This document shows, piece after piece, positions 49,413-58,224 of a stretch of DNA of 64,000 nt. Numbering within the stretch: the stretch's first letter is position 1; each line of letters starts with the position of its first letter. This DNA comes from Candidatus Yanofskybacteria bacterium RIFCSPLOWO2_01_FULL_42_49 (GTDB lineage: Bacteria; Patescibacteriota; Minisyncoccia; 2-02-FULL-40-12; GWA2-44-9): assembly GCA_001795615.1 (NCBI GenBank), contig MGKI01000002.1, positions 2,760 through 66,759 on the forward strand. The letters run 5' to 3'. The position numbers and the translations under genes were made by a program. The notes beneath the pieces are model-generated. The model was not told where the DNA came from and made no database searches. It saw only the letters and a program-made list of their open reading frames with translations.

Positions 49413-50153
49413 TTAAATTTCTGGCCAATCAATAAGGCCTAAATTCTTAAACATTACGATTAAATTATTCCTCTCTCTGGCAACCGCACTCATGTTAACT
49501 CGTAAAAATTCGTCCCTAACATTATAATGATATCCTAAACCGCCCAGCTTTCTAAAAGCCTCCGCGTTGGGCAGGTGATCGTCCACTAGCAGACAATTTT
49601 CCGCTTTTAGCCCAAGAATCTCCATGGGTCGAATAAAAATTTCCGGGTCGTCGGGCTTTCTCATGTGCATTTCATAAGAAATCGCCTCAAAGTCAAATCC
49701 ACACATTACTTCTGGATATCTTTGCCTCATTGTTTCCACATGAACCGGATTATTATTTGTAACCAGAACTAACTTTACGCCCTGCTCCTTCAGTTTTATT
49801 TTCAGCTCAAGTATAACCGGATCGGGAATCATTACTTCGTTACCGGTAAATACATCGATAAATTCCGCAAAAGACATGTCGAGTTCAAGGATGCGCTGCA
49901 CTCTATCAAAGAATTCTCTGCTATTTATATCGCCAAGCTCAAAATCAACAAAAGCACTTCTATATTTGCCGACCAAAATTTCATGGACTGGAATTTTGCT
50001 TCTTTTTCTCTTTTCAAGATCACGGTAGAATATCGAGGTATTATAGAGCAAAAGCACATTGCCGCAATCAAAGAACACAGCTTCTACCATTTTCAACCTA
50101 CAATTACAAAGAACTATGCCCAACATAGTGCCAGAACTTACGGAAATGCGCAA
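49413..50153 (-). CDS. HAD-superfamily hydrolase; start may be at the internal MVEAVFFDCGNV
   Basis: Motif I FFDCGNVL; Rossmann-like pattern. Confidence 0.55.
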   Translation of the reverse strand: MRISVSSGTMLGIVLCNCRLKMVEAVFFDCGNVLLLYNTSIFYRDLEKRKRSKIPVHEILVGKYRSAFVDFELGDINSREFFDRVQRILELDMSFAEFIDVFTGNEVMIPDPVILELKIKLKEQGVKLVLVTNNNPVHVETMRQRYPEVMCGFDFEAISYEMHMRKPDDPEIFIRPMEILGLKAENCLLVDDHLPNAEAFRKLGGLGYHYNVRDEFLRVNMSAVARERNNLIVMFKNLGLIDWPEI

Positions 50154-50394
50154 TGCGCGCGTACGAAGAGGTTTATAACCTTAAACTACCGGCGCTCCTT
50201 CCCAAATTTTTGTTCTTTGCTCTTTTTCCTTTTTTCTAAATCTCCGTACGCTGTTTCGACGGCTTTATTGGCGCGTTTCCATTCTTCGCTGTCTTTTCCA
50301 TAAACATCTTCGGCAATACTCATTGCAGAACCTTCGTTGGCGGCGCTTTGCGCCGCCAACGAAAAAGTCGGTCAATTTTCTGAAAGTCAGATTT

Positions 50395-50505
50395 TGGTGG
50401 GTGCGGTAGGAATCGGACCTACGACCTTCCACTTATCAGACGGATGCTCTACCAAGCCGACGTTACAGTCGGCTCCCCGACCGAAGCGTCGGGGCTGAAC
50501 TACGT
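50395..50505 (-). pseudogene. 3' two-thirds of a tRNA-Ile(GAT)-like gene (D-arm with a 39-nt twin-hairpin insertion, anticodon arm, T-arm, acceptor 3' strand, CCA) lacking its 5' acceptor strand
   Basis: rc sequence gtagttcag[cccc...gtcggc]ttggtagagcatccgtctgataagtggaaggtcgtaggtccgattcctaccgcacccacca. The matching 5' acceptor gggtacg lies about 430 bp away at 50936-50942. Confidence 0.5.
50443..50505. repeat. 63-bp direct repeat, copy 1, flanking the GIY-YIG/tRNA-Ile cassette
   Basis: Identical to 50872-50934 except for one mismatch. Confidence 0.8.
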
Positions 50506-50512
50506 TATTTTG

Positions 50513-50584
50513 TGGGCGTGCTAGGAATCGGACCTAGGACCTCCTTTTTATCAGAAAGGCGTTCTACCACTGAACTACACGCCC
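50513..50584 (-). tRNA. tRNA-Ile (anticodon GAT); CCA not encoded; T-loop TCCGATT
   Basis: Hand fold: acceptor GGGCGTG/CACGCCC, D-stem GTTC/GAAC, anticodon stem CCTTT/AAAGG with loop CT-GAT-AA, T-arm CTAGG-TCCGATT-CCTAG. Confidence 0.75.
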
Positions 50585-50598
50585 ACAAAATAACCTAA

Positions 50599-50862
50599 TT
50601 ATGGTTTTATTTTTATAAAACCATCTCTGACTATTTTTTCAATAAAATCTCTCCGCTTAAGTTTTTTAAGTTTTAATTCAACCTCTCTCGCTTCTTTTAT
50701 GTTCATATATTCTTGAATTAAAACTGGCTCAGGATTTATCATCCTTTTAGTCGTATAAGTCCCCCCGTATTTATGGTGAGCTAACCTTCTTATTATGTTA
50801 TTGGTACTGCCAATATAATACTTGTGACCATTGTCTTTCAAAAAATACACATATCCTTTCAT
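50599..50862 (-). CDS. Small stand-alone GIY-YIG nuclease, YhbQ/UPF0213-like
   Basis: GYVYFLKDNGHKYYIGSTNNIIRRLAHH (GIY...YIG...R); 87 aa. Confidence 0.8.
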   Translation of the reverse strand: MKGYVYFLKDNGHKYYIGSTNNIIRRLAHHKYGGTYTTKRMINPEPVLIQEYMNIKEAREVELKLKKLKRRDFIEKIVRDGFIKIKP

Positions 50863-50871
50863 GGTGTTATT

Positions 50872-50934
50872 GATGCTCTACCAAGCCGACGTTACAGTCG
50901 GCTCCCCGACCGAAGCATCGGGGCTGAACTACGT
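50872..50934. repeat. 63-bp direct repeat, copy 2, immediately upstream of the GIY-YIG start; it carries the 5' acceptor and D-arm half of the disrupted tRNA.
   Basis: See copy 1. Confidence 0.8.
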
Positions 50935-50991
50935 ACCCGCAAATTTCCTCTTATTTTACTAAATAAAAAGGGGCCCGGCAACCCCTATAAA

Positions 50992-53064
50992 TTAAATCTT
51001 ACCACCGCTTGAATAAGCTTCTTTAAAAATTAACAACTGTTGAATTTCGTTGGTACCTTCAAAAATAAGATTAATACGAGAATCTCGCCACATTCTTGAA
51101 ATTTCAGATTCATCCGAAAATCCGTCCCCTCCAAGTATCTGAAGTGCCGTATCAACATTCCACATATTCATTTCTGAACACCTAAGCTTCACGCAAGCTG
51201 CCTCAAGACGAACATCTTTGCCTTCATCAGCCGTCTTGGCCGCACTATACACCGCCTGTTCCATCATATAGATATTGGCTCTTATTCTTGCAAGATAAGA
51301 TTGGATCATCTGGAAACTCAAAAGTGGACTGTCAAATTGCTGACGATCCGAGGCATGTTTGAAAGCAATTTCAAACGCTCTCTTAGACGACCCGACACAA
51401 CCGGCAGCAAGACCCAGCCTTCCACCATTTAAAGTCTGCATAAACATTCTAAATGCTTTACCGACTTCTCCGAGAAGATTTTCGTCGGGAACAAAGACAT
51501 CTTCAAGCGCCAATTCGACAGTACGAGATCCCTTAATTCCAAGCTTATGTTCAACTCTAGATACCTTATAGCCTTTGGTTTTTGTCTCGACAATGAATGC
51601 CGCCAGACCGTCTTTTTTGAGCATCGGATCAGTTTGGGCAATAACAATCGTAAAATCCGCATCGGCTCCGTTGGTAATGAATCTCTTGGAACCATTAAGC
51701 ACCCAGCCACCATTTTTTTTGATAGCTGATGTTTTGATATTTCCGGCATCTGAGCCAGCACTTGGTTCAGTCAACGCAAATGCTCCCATCATTTTACCTT
51801 CTAAGGCCTGCGTAAGGTATTTCTTTTTTTGTGTTTCGTTGCCACCCAGATAAATGGCTCCGCAGGCAAGACCCATATGAGCACCGGCTACAACAGCCGA
51901 AGAACCGTGAACACGAGACAACTCTTCAAAAACTATGCAGTAAGCAGTTTTGCCAAGACCGGCCCCTCCATATTCCTCAGGATATGAGGCGGCAAAAAAC
52001 CCCATTTCACCCATTTGATTAAATAGTTCGCGGGGCATCCCGCCAGCTTCTTCCATCTCCTTGATCCGCGGACGAATTTCCTTGTCGGCAAATTCCCGAA
52101 CCATCTCACGAAACATTTTTAGATCTTCTTCGTGTTCAGATTTGTCAGTTTTAACCGATGGGGTTGCTTGTTTCTTCGGCTCAAGGTCAATTTTCAGGAA
52201 CTTTGCCAATCCACGCCTGGCAGAGTCCTTTACTACCAATTCTGCAAACAATTTCTGCTCCAGTTTCAATGCATCCGCCAATGGAAGTACCATTCCATTC
52301 CTGACCGCAGAGAGAATCGCCTCTACCGCTTCGCTAGATTTTGATTGCATCAGCATTTTGAATTGATCAGATGCAATAAGCCCGTTAAACCTTTCTGGGT
52401 CGAAAGTTTGCAGTCTTTTTGACGGATAACCGCCTGCAACTAGTTGTTGAGCGAGATTTTTTGCCTCATTATCTATATCTATTTTGAAGACAACTTTATC
52501 TACAAGGCCGTATTTCATTGCATCATGCGCTGAAATAATCACGCCCGACAAGAGAAGCTTGAGGGCCATCTCAATATCCATCAGCCGAGGCAAACGCTGG
52601 GTACCACCCATGCCAGGAATAATGCCCAGACCTATTTCCGGTTGGCCAAATTTGGCCTCATCTACCGCTATGCGGACAGTGCAGGCCATTGCCAGTTCGT
52701 TTCCTCCACCCAAGCAATAACCGTTGATAAGGGCAACGGACGGTTTGCCGAGATTTTGAACCGCATCCACAACAGCATTTACCTTTTCGAGAAGCTCGAA
52801 GGCTTTCTGAAAATTACCTTCTTTGGCAATCGTCCAAATCTCTTTAACATCAGCACCAGCTGAAAAGAGTCCCTTGCCTTCAATAATAAGCGCTTTAGTC
52901 CTTTCGTCTTCCTTGACCTTTTCGAGAAGAGTAGCGAGGGACATAAGGACTTCTCCGGAAAGTTGATTCATCGGAGGATTTTGAATAGTGAGTTTGGCGA
53001 TATTCGTATCCTTAATTCTTGAAAGCTTAACCTTCGGTTCTTCCTGTTTTTCAGCCACTTTCAA
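50992..53064 (-). CDS. Fusion protein: enoyl-CoA hydratase (crotonase) N-domain plus acyl-CoA dehydrogenase C-domain
   Basis: Crotonase motif (ALIIEGKGLFSAGADVKE) and ACAD motifs (FALTEPSAGSD ... E...G.NEIQ). Confidence 0.75.
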   Translation of the reverse strand: MKVAEKQEEPKVKLSRIKDTNIAKLTIQNPPMNQLSGEVLMSLATLLEKVKEDERTKALIIEGKGLFSAGADVKEIWTIAKEGNFQKAFELLEKVNAVVDAVQNLGKPSVALINGYCLGGGNELAMACTVRIAVDEAKFGQPEIGLGIIPGMGGTQRLPRLMDIEMALKLLLSGVIISAHDAMKYGLVDKVVFKIDIDNEAKNLAQQLVAGGYPSKRLQTFDPERFNGLIASDQFKMLMQSKSSEAVEAILSAVRNGMVLPLADALKLEQKLFAELVVKDSARRGLAKFLKIDLEPKKQATPSVKTDKSEHEEDLKMFREMVREFADKEIRPRIKEMEEAGGMPRELFNQMGEMGFFAASYPEEYGGAGLGKTAYCIVFEELSRVHGSSAVVAGAHMGLACGAIYLGGNETQKKKYLTQALEGKMMGAFALTEPSAGSDAGNIKTSAIKKNGGWVLNGSKRFITNGADADFTIVIAQTDPMLKKDGLAAFIVETKTKGYKVSRVEHKLGIKGSRTVELALEDVFVPDENLLGEVGKAFRMFMQTLNGGRLGLAAGCVGSSKRAFEIAFKHASDRQQFDSPLLSFQMIQSYLARIRANIYMMEQAVYSAAKTADEGKDVRLEAACVKLRCSEMNMWNVDTALQILGGDGFSDESEISRMWRDSRINLIFEGTNEIQQLLIFKEAYSSGGKI

Positions 53065-53166
53065 ACTCCAAATAAGTTATCAAGAATCTGACGTTAATAT
53101 AACTCCTTTTTTATAAAAAACAAGCCCCTCACCTTTTCAAAAGGTGAGGGGTTAAATACTTAAAAA

Positions 53167-54387
53167 TTACCATTCTTCTTCAATCTTTTTAAATATCTTC
53201 TTGTCTTCCGCGACAAGATCTTCAAGCAGTTTCGCCGGCTTGAACCGCATTCCGCATTCCCGCTCAAATCGCTGAAGATCGGCAAGAAGATTTGCAAAAC
53301 CATATTTTTCTTGAGCATAGTGTAGAGGCCCTTCCAACGCCATGGGAAACATTATGCCAAGAGTAGCACCGGTTTCAATGTCATCTGCCGTAGCAACTCC
53401 TTCTTCAAGACACAATAATGATTCGACGCAAAGACCGGCCGTCATACGTTTAAAACCTTCTTCAATATCATATTCTTGCCGATTTGGATATTCACGGTCA
53501 ATAATCGCCTGGGTATCTTCGAAACCAGTGGCATTAGAACTAACATAGAAACCAGCCCCGACTTTGTTACCAATCCGACCAAGTTCAATCATACGATTCA
53601 TAAATGGCGCCGGCTTCGCCCTTTCCCCGTATCCTTGATGTAAAATCTTTGCCACGTTAGCAGCAATATCTATGCCCACATAGTCAAGAAGGGTAAACAA
53701 GCCCATTGGCCATCCAAATTTCTCAGCTCGAGCGTCAATTTGCTTAATTGTAAGTTTTGTTTCGGTAAGAAGCCGTACCGCTTCATTTGCATATGGCATC
53801 AAAATACGATTGACCAGATATCCGGGACAACCCTTTACGGGAAGCGGGGTTTTTCCAAGAACGATTTGAACGAAACGATTTACTATTGTAAATGTTTCAT
53901 CCGAAGTCTTATCGCCTTTTACCAATTCCACTAGCGGTGCTTTAACCGGCGGATTAAAAAAGTGAGTGCCGATAAATCTGTCCGGGCGATTGGTTACCGA
54001 TGCTATCTCGGTAACAGAAAGCGATGAACTATTTGTCGTAAAAATAACATCATCAGACAATAACGAATTCAGTTCCCCAAAAACAGCCTTTTTTACGGCC
54101 ATGTCTTCAAAGACCGCCTCAATTACAAGATCGGCATTTTTGATATCGTTGTACGAACTTGTGACTAAGAAGCGTGCCTTTGTACCTTCGGCTTCTGCTA
54201 AAGTTATTTTTCCAAGCCGAACCACTTTGTCAAGCTGGCTGAAAATTCTTTCTTTACATGCTTGAGCGCGTTCATTGTTGGCTTCTTTCACAACAATACT
54301 TACGCCCTTTTGGGCAATATGCTGTCCGATACCGCTTCCCATCGTTCCGCCGCCGATAATTCCAACTGTCCTAATAATTCTGGCCAT
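53167..54387 (-). CDS. 3-hydroxyacyl-CoA dehydrogenase
   Basis: NAD-binding VGIIGGGTMGSGI, 3HCDH pattern. Confidence 0.85.
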   Translation of the reverse strand: MARIIRTVGIIGGGTMGSGIGQHIAQKGVSIVVKEANNERAQACKERIFSQLDKVVRLGKITLAEAEGTKARFLVTSSYNDIKNADLVIEAVFEDMAVKKAVFGELNSLLSDDVIFTTNSSSLSVTEIASVTNRPDRFIGTHFFNPPVKAPLVELVKGDKTSDETFTIVNRFVQIVLGKTPLPVKGCPGYLVNRILMPYANEAVRLLTETKLTIKQIDARAEKFGWPMGLFTLLDYVGIDIAANVAKILHQGYGERAKPAPFMNRMIELGRIGNKVGAGFYVSSNATGFEDTQAIIDREYPNRQEYDIEEGFKRMTAGLCVESLLCLEEGVATADDIETGATLGIMFPMALEGPLHYAQEKYGFANLLADLQRFERECGMRFKPAKLLEDLVAEDKKIFKKIEEEW

Positions 54388-54496
54388 TGTTTTCTCCAGA
54401 AAAATATTTCAAAAAACTGTCCAAAATATAGTCCCTTAAACAATTACAGTCAATAGCTTAATTTGTAAATAAAAAGGGCTCTCGCCCCATACTAAC

Positions 54497-55810
54497 TCAA
54501 ACTCTTTCTATGATCAGGCATCCGCCCTGGCCACCGCCCACGCACATAGTAATTGCGGCATAGCGTTTCTGATATTCCAATAATTCGTGCATAGCCTGAA
54601 CTGTTAGCTTTGCACCAGTTGCCCCAACAGCATGGCCAAGAGCAATAGCTCCACCATGGACATTCAACTTCTCGTCAGGAATATGAAGTCCTCTCTGACA
54701 AGCAATCGCTTGAGACGCAAAGGCCTCATTGAGTTCAAATAAATCAATGTCTTCAATCTTCAGCCCGGCTTTAGCGAGTGCCTTAGGAACAGCAAAGATA
54801 GGTCCTTCGCCCATCAGTGCCGGATCGCAACCGGCATATGCATAGGACACTATATATGCCAACGGAGTAAGTCCCAATGAAACAGCTTTTTCTTCGGTCA
54901 TGATCAAGAGTGCCGCCGCGCCATCATTCATTGGACAGGCATTAGTCGGAGTTACTGTACCGCCGAGATGGTACGTTTTCTCAATAACGAACGTGCCGGT
55001 TTTGTCGATATAGAAATTTACATCATTTTCAATCGGATTCATAATATTCTCATTCATGAATATGGCAGGCGCACCAGATGCGGATCCAGGACTTTTGGCT
55101 AGTTTCTCGCTTGGACTTTCGTCTTGTGAAAATACAACCTGACCTCCCGGAATAATCTTATCATCTGATTCAACACCCCCTCGGATACGCATTCTGTCTT
55201 GAATTTTTAACGGAAGGATTTGCGCATCAAATTTTTGATTCTCTCGAGCATCACACGCCTTTTGGTGAGAACGCACCGCATATTCATCCTGCTCTTCGCG
55301 GGTAATTCCCCATTTTTGGGCAACATTTTCAGCTGTCCGTCCCATCATTTGTTTAATGTTGGGATCAAAAAGTCCATCCCACAAGGCGTCTGTAAGAATA
55401 TGGTTTTGCATCCTAAGTCCGAACCTCGCATCTTTCATAACATATGGCACTTGCGACATATTTTCGGTTCCACCGACAAGAAATATTTCCCCGTCCCTAG
55501 CCGCAGCGGCCTGGCACGCCGAAGTGATCGCCTCAATTCCTGACGCACAATTTCGTGCAACTGTCCGCGCCGGAACACCTTGGGGAACCTTTGCATAAAG
55601 AGCCGCAACGCGGGCAATATTGGCTTTGGGCTGGCATATATTACCAGCCACAACTTCATCAATTTGGGCCGGATCAATGCCGCTCTTTTTTACCACATGA
55701 CGAAAACAATATGCCAAAAGAAACTCTGCGGGAACATTTTTCAAAGCACCGCCAAATTTGCCGATAGCAGTCCTGATTCCGCCTACAATAACCATTCTTT
55801 TTGTCGTCAC
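54497..55810 (-). CDS. Acetyl-CoA C-acetyltransferase (thiolase)
   Basis: Thiolase signatures (ARNCASGIEAI, NVHGGAIALGHAVGATG, CVGGGQG). Confidence 0.9.
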   Translation of the reverse strand: MTTKRMVIVGGIRTAIGKFGGALKNVPAEFLLAYCFRHVVKKSGIDPAQIDEVVAGNICQPKANIARVAALYAKVPQGVPARTVARNCASGIEAITSACQAAAARDGEIFLVGGTENMSQVPYVMKDARFGLRMQNHILTDALWDGLFDPNIKQMMGRTAENVAQKWGITREEQDEYAVRSHQKACDARENQKFDAQILPLKIQDRMRIRGGVESDDKIIPGGQVVFSQDESPSEKLAKSPGSASGAPAIFMNENIMNPIENDVNFYIDKTGTFVIEKTYHLGGTVTPTNACPMNDGAAALLIMTEEKAVSLGLTPLAYIVSYAYAGCDPALMGEGPIFAVPKALAKAGLKIEDIDLFELNEAFASQAIACQRGLHIPDEKLNVHGGAIALGHAVGATGAKLTVQAMHELLEYQKRYAAITMCVGGGQGGCLIIERV

Positions 55811-55904
55811 TTTTCCGCCTTTGTTAAGGTGCCAATTACAGTTTAGCCATAATTAACATTTCATAAATCTCTTGTCAAAATTTATATAGTATGGTAGTAT
55901 CCAG

Positions 55905-56175
55905 GGAAGCAGGTTGAGAATTATAATCAAGTTGAGAAACTTAAAAATGAGATGATTTGTTTGGCGCGACGACGAAGATGTAGTTTTACACTACTTCGAG
56001 AAGGAGCAACAAAGAAATCAGCCATTTTTGAGTTTCCCTTGGGGGCGGGTCAATTTTGACCATCTTCCACGTTGTTCGTCACTCGCGTACATAAAAGTAC
56101 GCATCGTTCCTCAACGCCTTGAATATGTGCAAAATTGACTCCGCTCAAGTGATTATAATTCTCAACCTGCTTCCC
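55905..56175. repeat. Copy B of the ~270-nt structured repeat element, in inverted orientation relative to copy A
   Basis: Terminal inverted repeat gggaagcaggttgagaattataatca / tgattataattctcaacctgcttccc; the core matches rc(19409-19680). Confidence 0.6.
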
Positions 56176-56179
56176 TACT

Positions 56180-56731
56180 ATGGCTGATGCTACAAATCTA
56201 CAACATGTGCATACGGCTTTAAAGAAAAAATTCTCGAATAGAAAATTGATTTTCGGAAGGGGTTTAATTGGTTCAAAAATCGTATTCGTCAGCGATCATC
56301 CCGGGGCTGAAGGAGCAAAAGAGGGCAAACCCTTGGCCGGAAATAATCAAAAACTGCTCAACAAACTTCTCCGTTCCGCAGGCATTGATACAAATAAAAT
56401 TTATATCACAAACGTCATCAAATATCATCCCGAAAACAAAAAACCGACGTCGAAAGAGATAAAATCATATGTCCCCTTTTTGAAAGAAGAGATAAAAACC
56501 GTCGGACCGAAAGTTGTAGTCACCCTTGGCGACATTGCTTTAAACGGAGTGGGGTTGAGGCAACCTCTTGATAATGTTCACGGAAGAACTTTCAATCTCG
56601 GCAGTTTTACGTTAGTTCCGACATTCCATCCGGAATCAGCCCTAAAAGATCCGGTGGTACAAACACTCCTTCAATCAGACATCTCAAAACTCAAAAAAAT
56701 AATAGCAGAAGCAGAAGAAAACCAAGTCTAA
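56180..56731 (+). CDS. Uracil-DNA glycosylase superfamily protein (family 4/5-like)
   Basis: IVFVSDHPGAEGAKEGKPLAGNNQKLL resembles the family-4 GEAPG...PFVG motif; HPE near the C-terminus. Confidence 0.7.
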   Translation: MADATNLQHVHTALKKKFSNRKLIFGRGLIGSKIVFVSDHPGAEGAKEGKPLAGNNQKLLNKLLRSAGIDTNKIYITNVIKYHPENKKPTSKEIKSYVPFLKEEIKTVGPKVVVTLGDIALNGVGLRQPLDNVHGRTFNLGSFTLVPTFHPESALKDPVVQTLLQSDISKLKKIIAEAEENQV

Positions 56732-56777
56732 CTAAAAACCCCGATGCCGGGGTTTTTAGTTAGCAAGCCTCAACAGT

Positions 56778-57818
56778 TTATTTTTTTCTGACAATAACTT
56801 TTTTTACGGCATTTTTTATACTTTCTACATCCATACCGAAATGTTTGATCAGTTCTTCTGCAGTACCTGACTCACCAAAGCGATTTTGAACTCCGATATA
56901 CTCCTGCGGAACCGGATAATTTCGCGACAAAACTTCCGCCACAGCAGAACCCAATCCCCCATTAATCTGGTGTTCCTCCACCGAAACAACAGCTCCACAT
57001 TTTTGAGCCGCTTCGATGATTGTTTTTTCATCTAGAGGTTTCACTGTGTGTGAGTTTATAACCATACATTCAATCCCCTCTTTGGATAGTTCCTCCGCGG
57101 CCAGAAGCGCATTATACAAAAGCATTCCACAGCCGACGATCGCCGCGTCAGGCGATCGCCCTGAGCCTGTCGAAGGGTCTCTGTAAACCTCTGCCCTTCC
57201 AACTTCAAACGGAGTGTCTTTGGTCGTAAAGACCGGGGATTTTTCTCTTCCGACTCTTACATACGACGGCTTGCCATTGAACGCTATCGCAACAGTCGCT
57301 TTCTGCGCTTCAACCGCATCGCACGGAACGACAACCGTCATATTCGGCTGGACACGCATTAAAGCTATATCCTCAAGCGCTTGATGAGTCGCCCCATCCG
57401 GACCCACTGAAATACCGGCATGAGCCCCGATTACTTTCACGGGAACATTGTTTAACGAGATATTGGTCCTTATCTGTTCGTTATTCCTTCCCGGCGAGAA
57501 AACCGCATAAGAAGAAATGAAAGGAATCTTGCCATAATTAGCCATGCCGGAGGCCACTAAAGCAAGGTTCTGTTCGGCAACGCCTAACTCCACGAACCTT
57601 TCCGGGAATTTTTCCGCAAACCAAAGAGACCGAGTTGATTCGGTCAGGTCCGCGCAAAGAACAACGACTCTCTCGTCTTTTTCTCCGGCTTCAACGACGC
57701 CCTTACCATAGCCGTCGCGAGTCGGAAACATCTCTGGCTTTGATAAGTCCTCTATGAGATGTGCGTTTTTGTTTAACATAACTTTAGTGTAAAAGTAAAA
57801 ACGAAAAATGCAAAACAA
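56778..57818 (-). CDS. Transketolase, C-terminal (pyrimidine-binding plus C-domain) subunit
   Basis: Matches the transketolase C-terminal half; it partners the N-subunit at 61455-62351. Confidence 0.85.
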   Translation of the reverse strand: MFCIFRFYFYTKVMLNKNAHLIEDLSKPEMFPTRDGYGKGVVEAGEKDERVVVLCADLTESTRSLWFAEKFPERFVELGVAEQNLALVASGMANYGKIPFISSYAVFSPGRNNEQIRTNISLNNVPVKVIGAHAGISVGPDGATHQALEDIALMRVQPNMTVVVPCDAVEAQKATVAIAFNGKPSYVRVGREKSPVFTTKDTPFEVGRAEVYRDPSTGSGRSPDAAIVGCGMLLYNALLAAEELSKEGIECMVINSHTVKPLDEKTIIEAAQKCGAVVSVEEHQINGGLGSAVAEVLSRNYPVPQEYIGVQNRFGESGTAEELIKHFGMDVESIKNAVKKVIVRKK

Positions 57819-57890
57819 CAGCCCAAAATTTAAAACTTTCTTTGGTTTTTCACTGTTGTTTTACGCTTTGCGCTTTAAGCTTATCGCTTC

Positions 57891-58190
57891 TTAGCGGCAT
57901 CTGTCGCAGTCGCCACATTTACAATCCGGCTGGTGAGAGCATGTTTTATTTCCTTCACCAGAAACAGACATACCCTTAGCGGACATTCCGCAGCATCCGC
58001 AAGACTTCATGCCAAATGCCATTAAACTCAAAATGACTGCTGACCACGCATAAAACAACGGGTCATAGCCCCAAACCATCACACCTTTCAGCGCCGACCA
58101 GAAAAATAAAATACCGGCCAGCCACACAAGACCCGATATGACCTCAACTATCCGATGATGGGGACATTTACAATTTCTGTGATACATCAT
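57891..58190 (-). CDS. Cys/His-rich small membrane protein (hypothetical, possibly metal-binding)
   Basis: CKCPHH ... CGCCG ... CSHQPDCKCGDCDRCR. Confidence 0.4.
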   Translation of the reverse strand: MMYHRNCKCPHHRIVEVISGLVWLAGILFFWSALKGVMVWGYDPLFYAWSAVILSLMAFGMKSCGCCGMSAKGMSVSGEGNKTCSHQPDCKCGDCDRCR

Positions 58191-58224
58191 AACGACACCT
58201 CCTTTCTTTAATTAATTATTTTTC

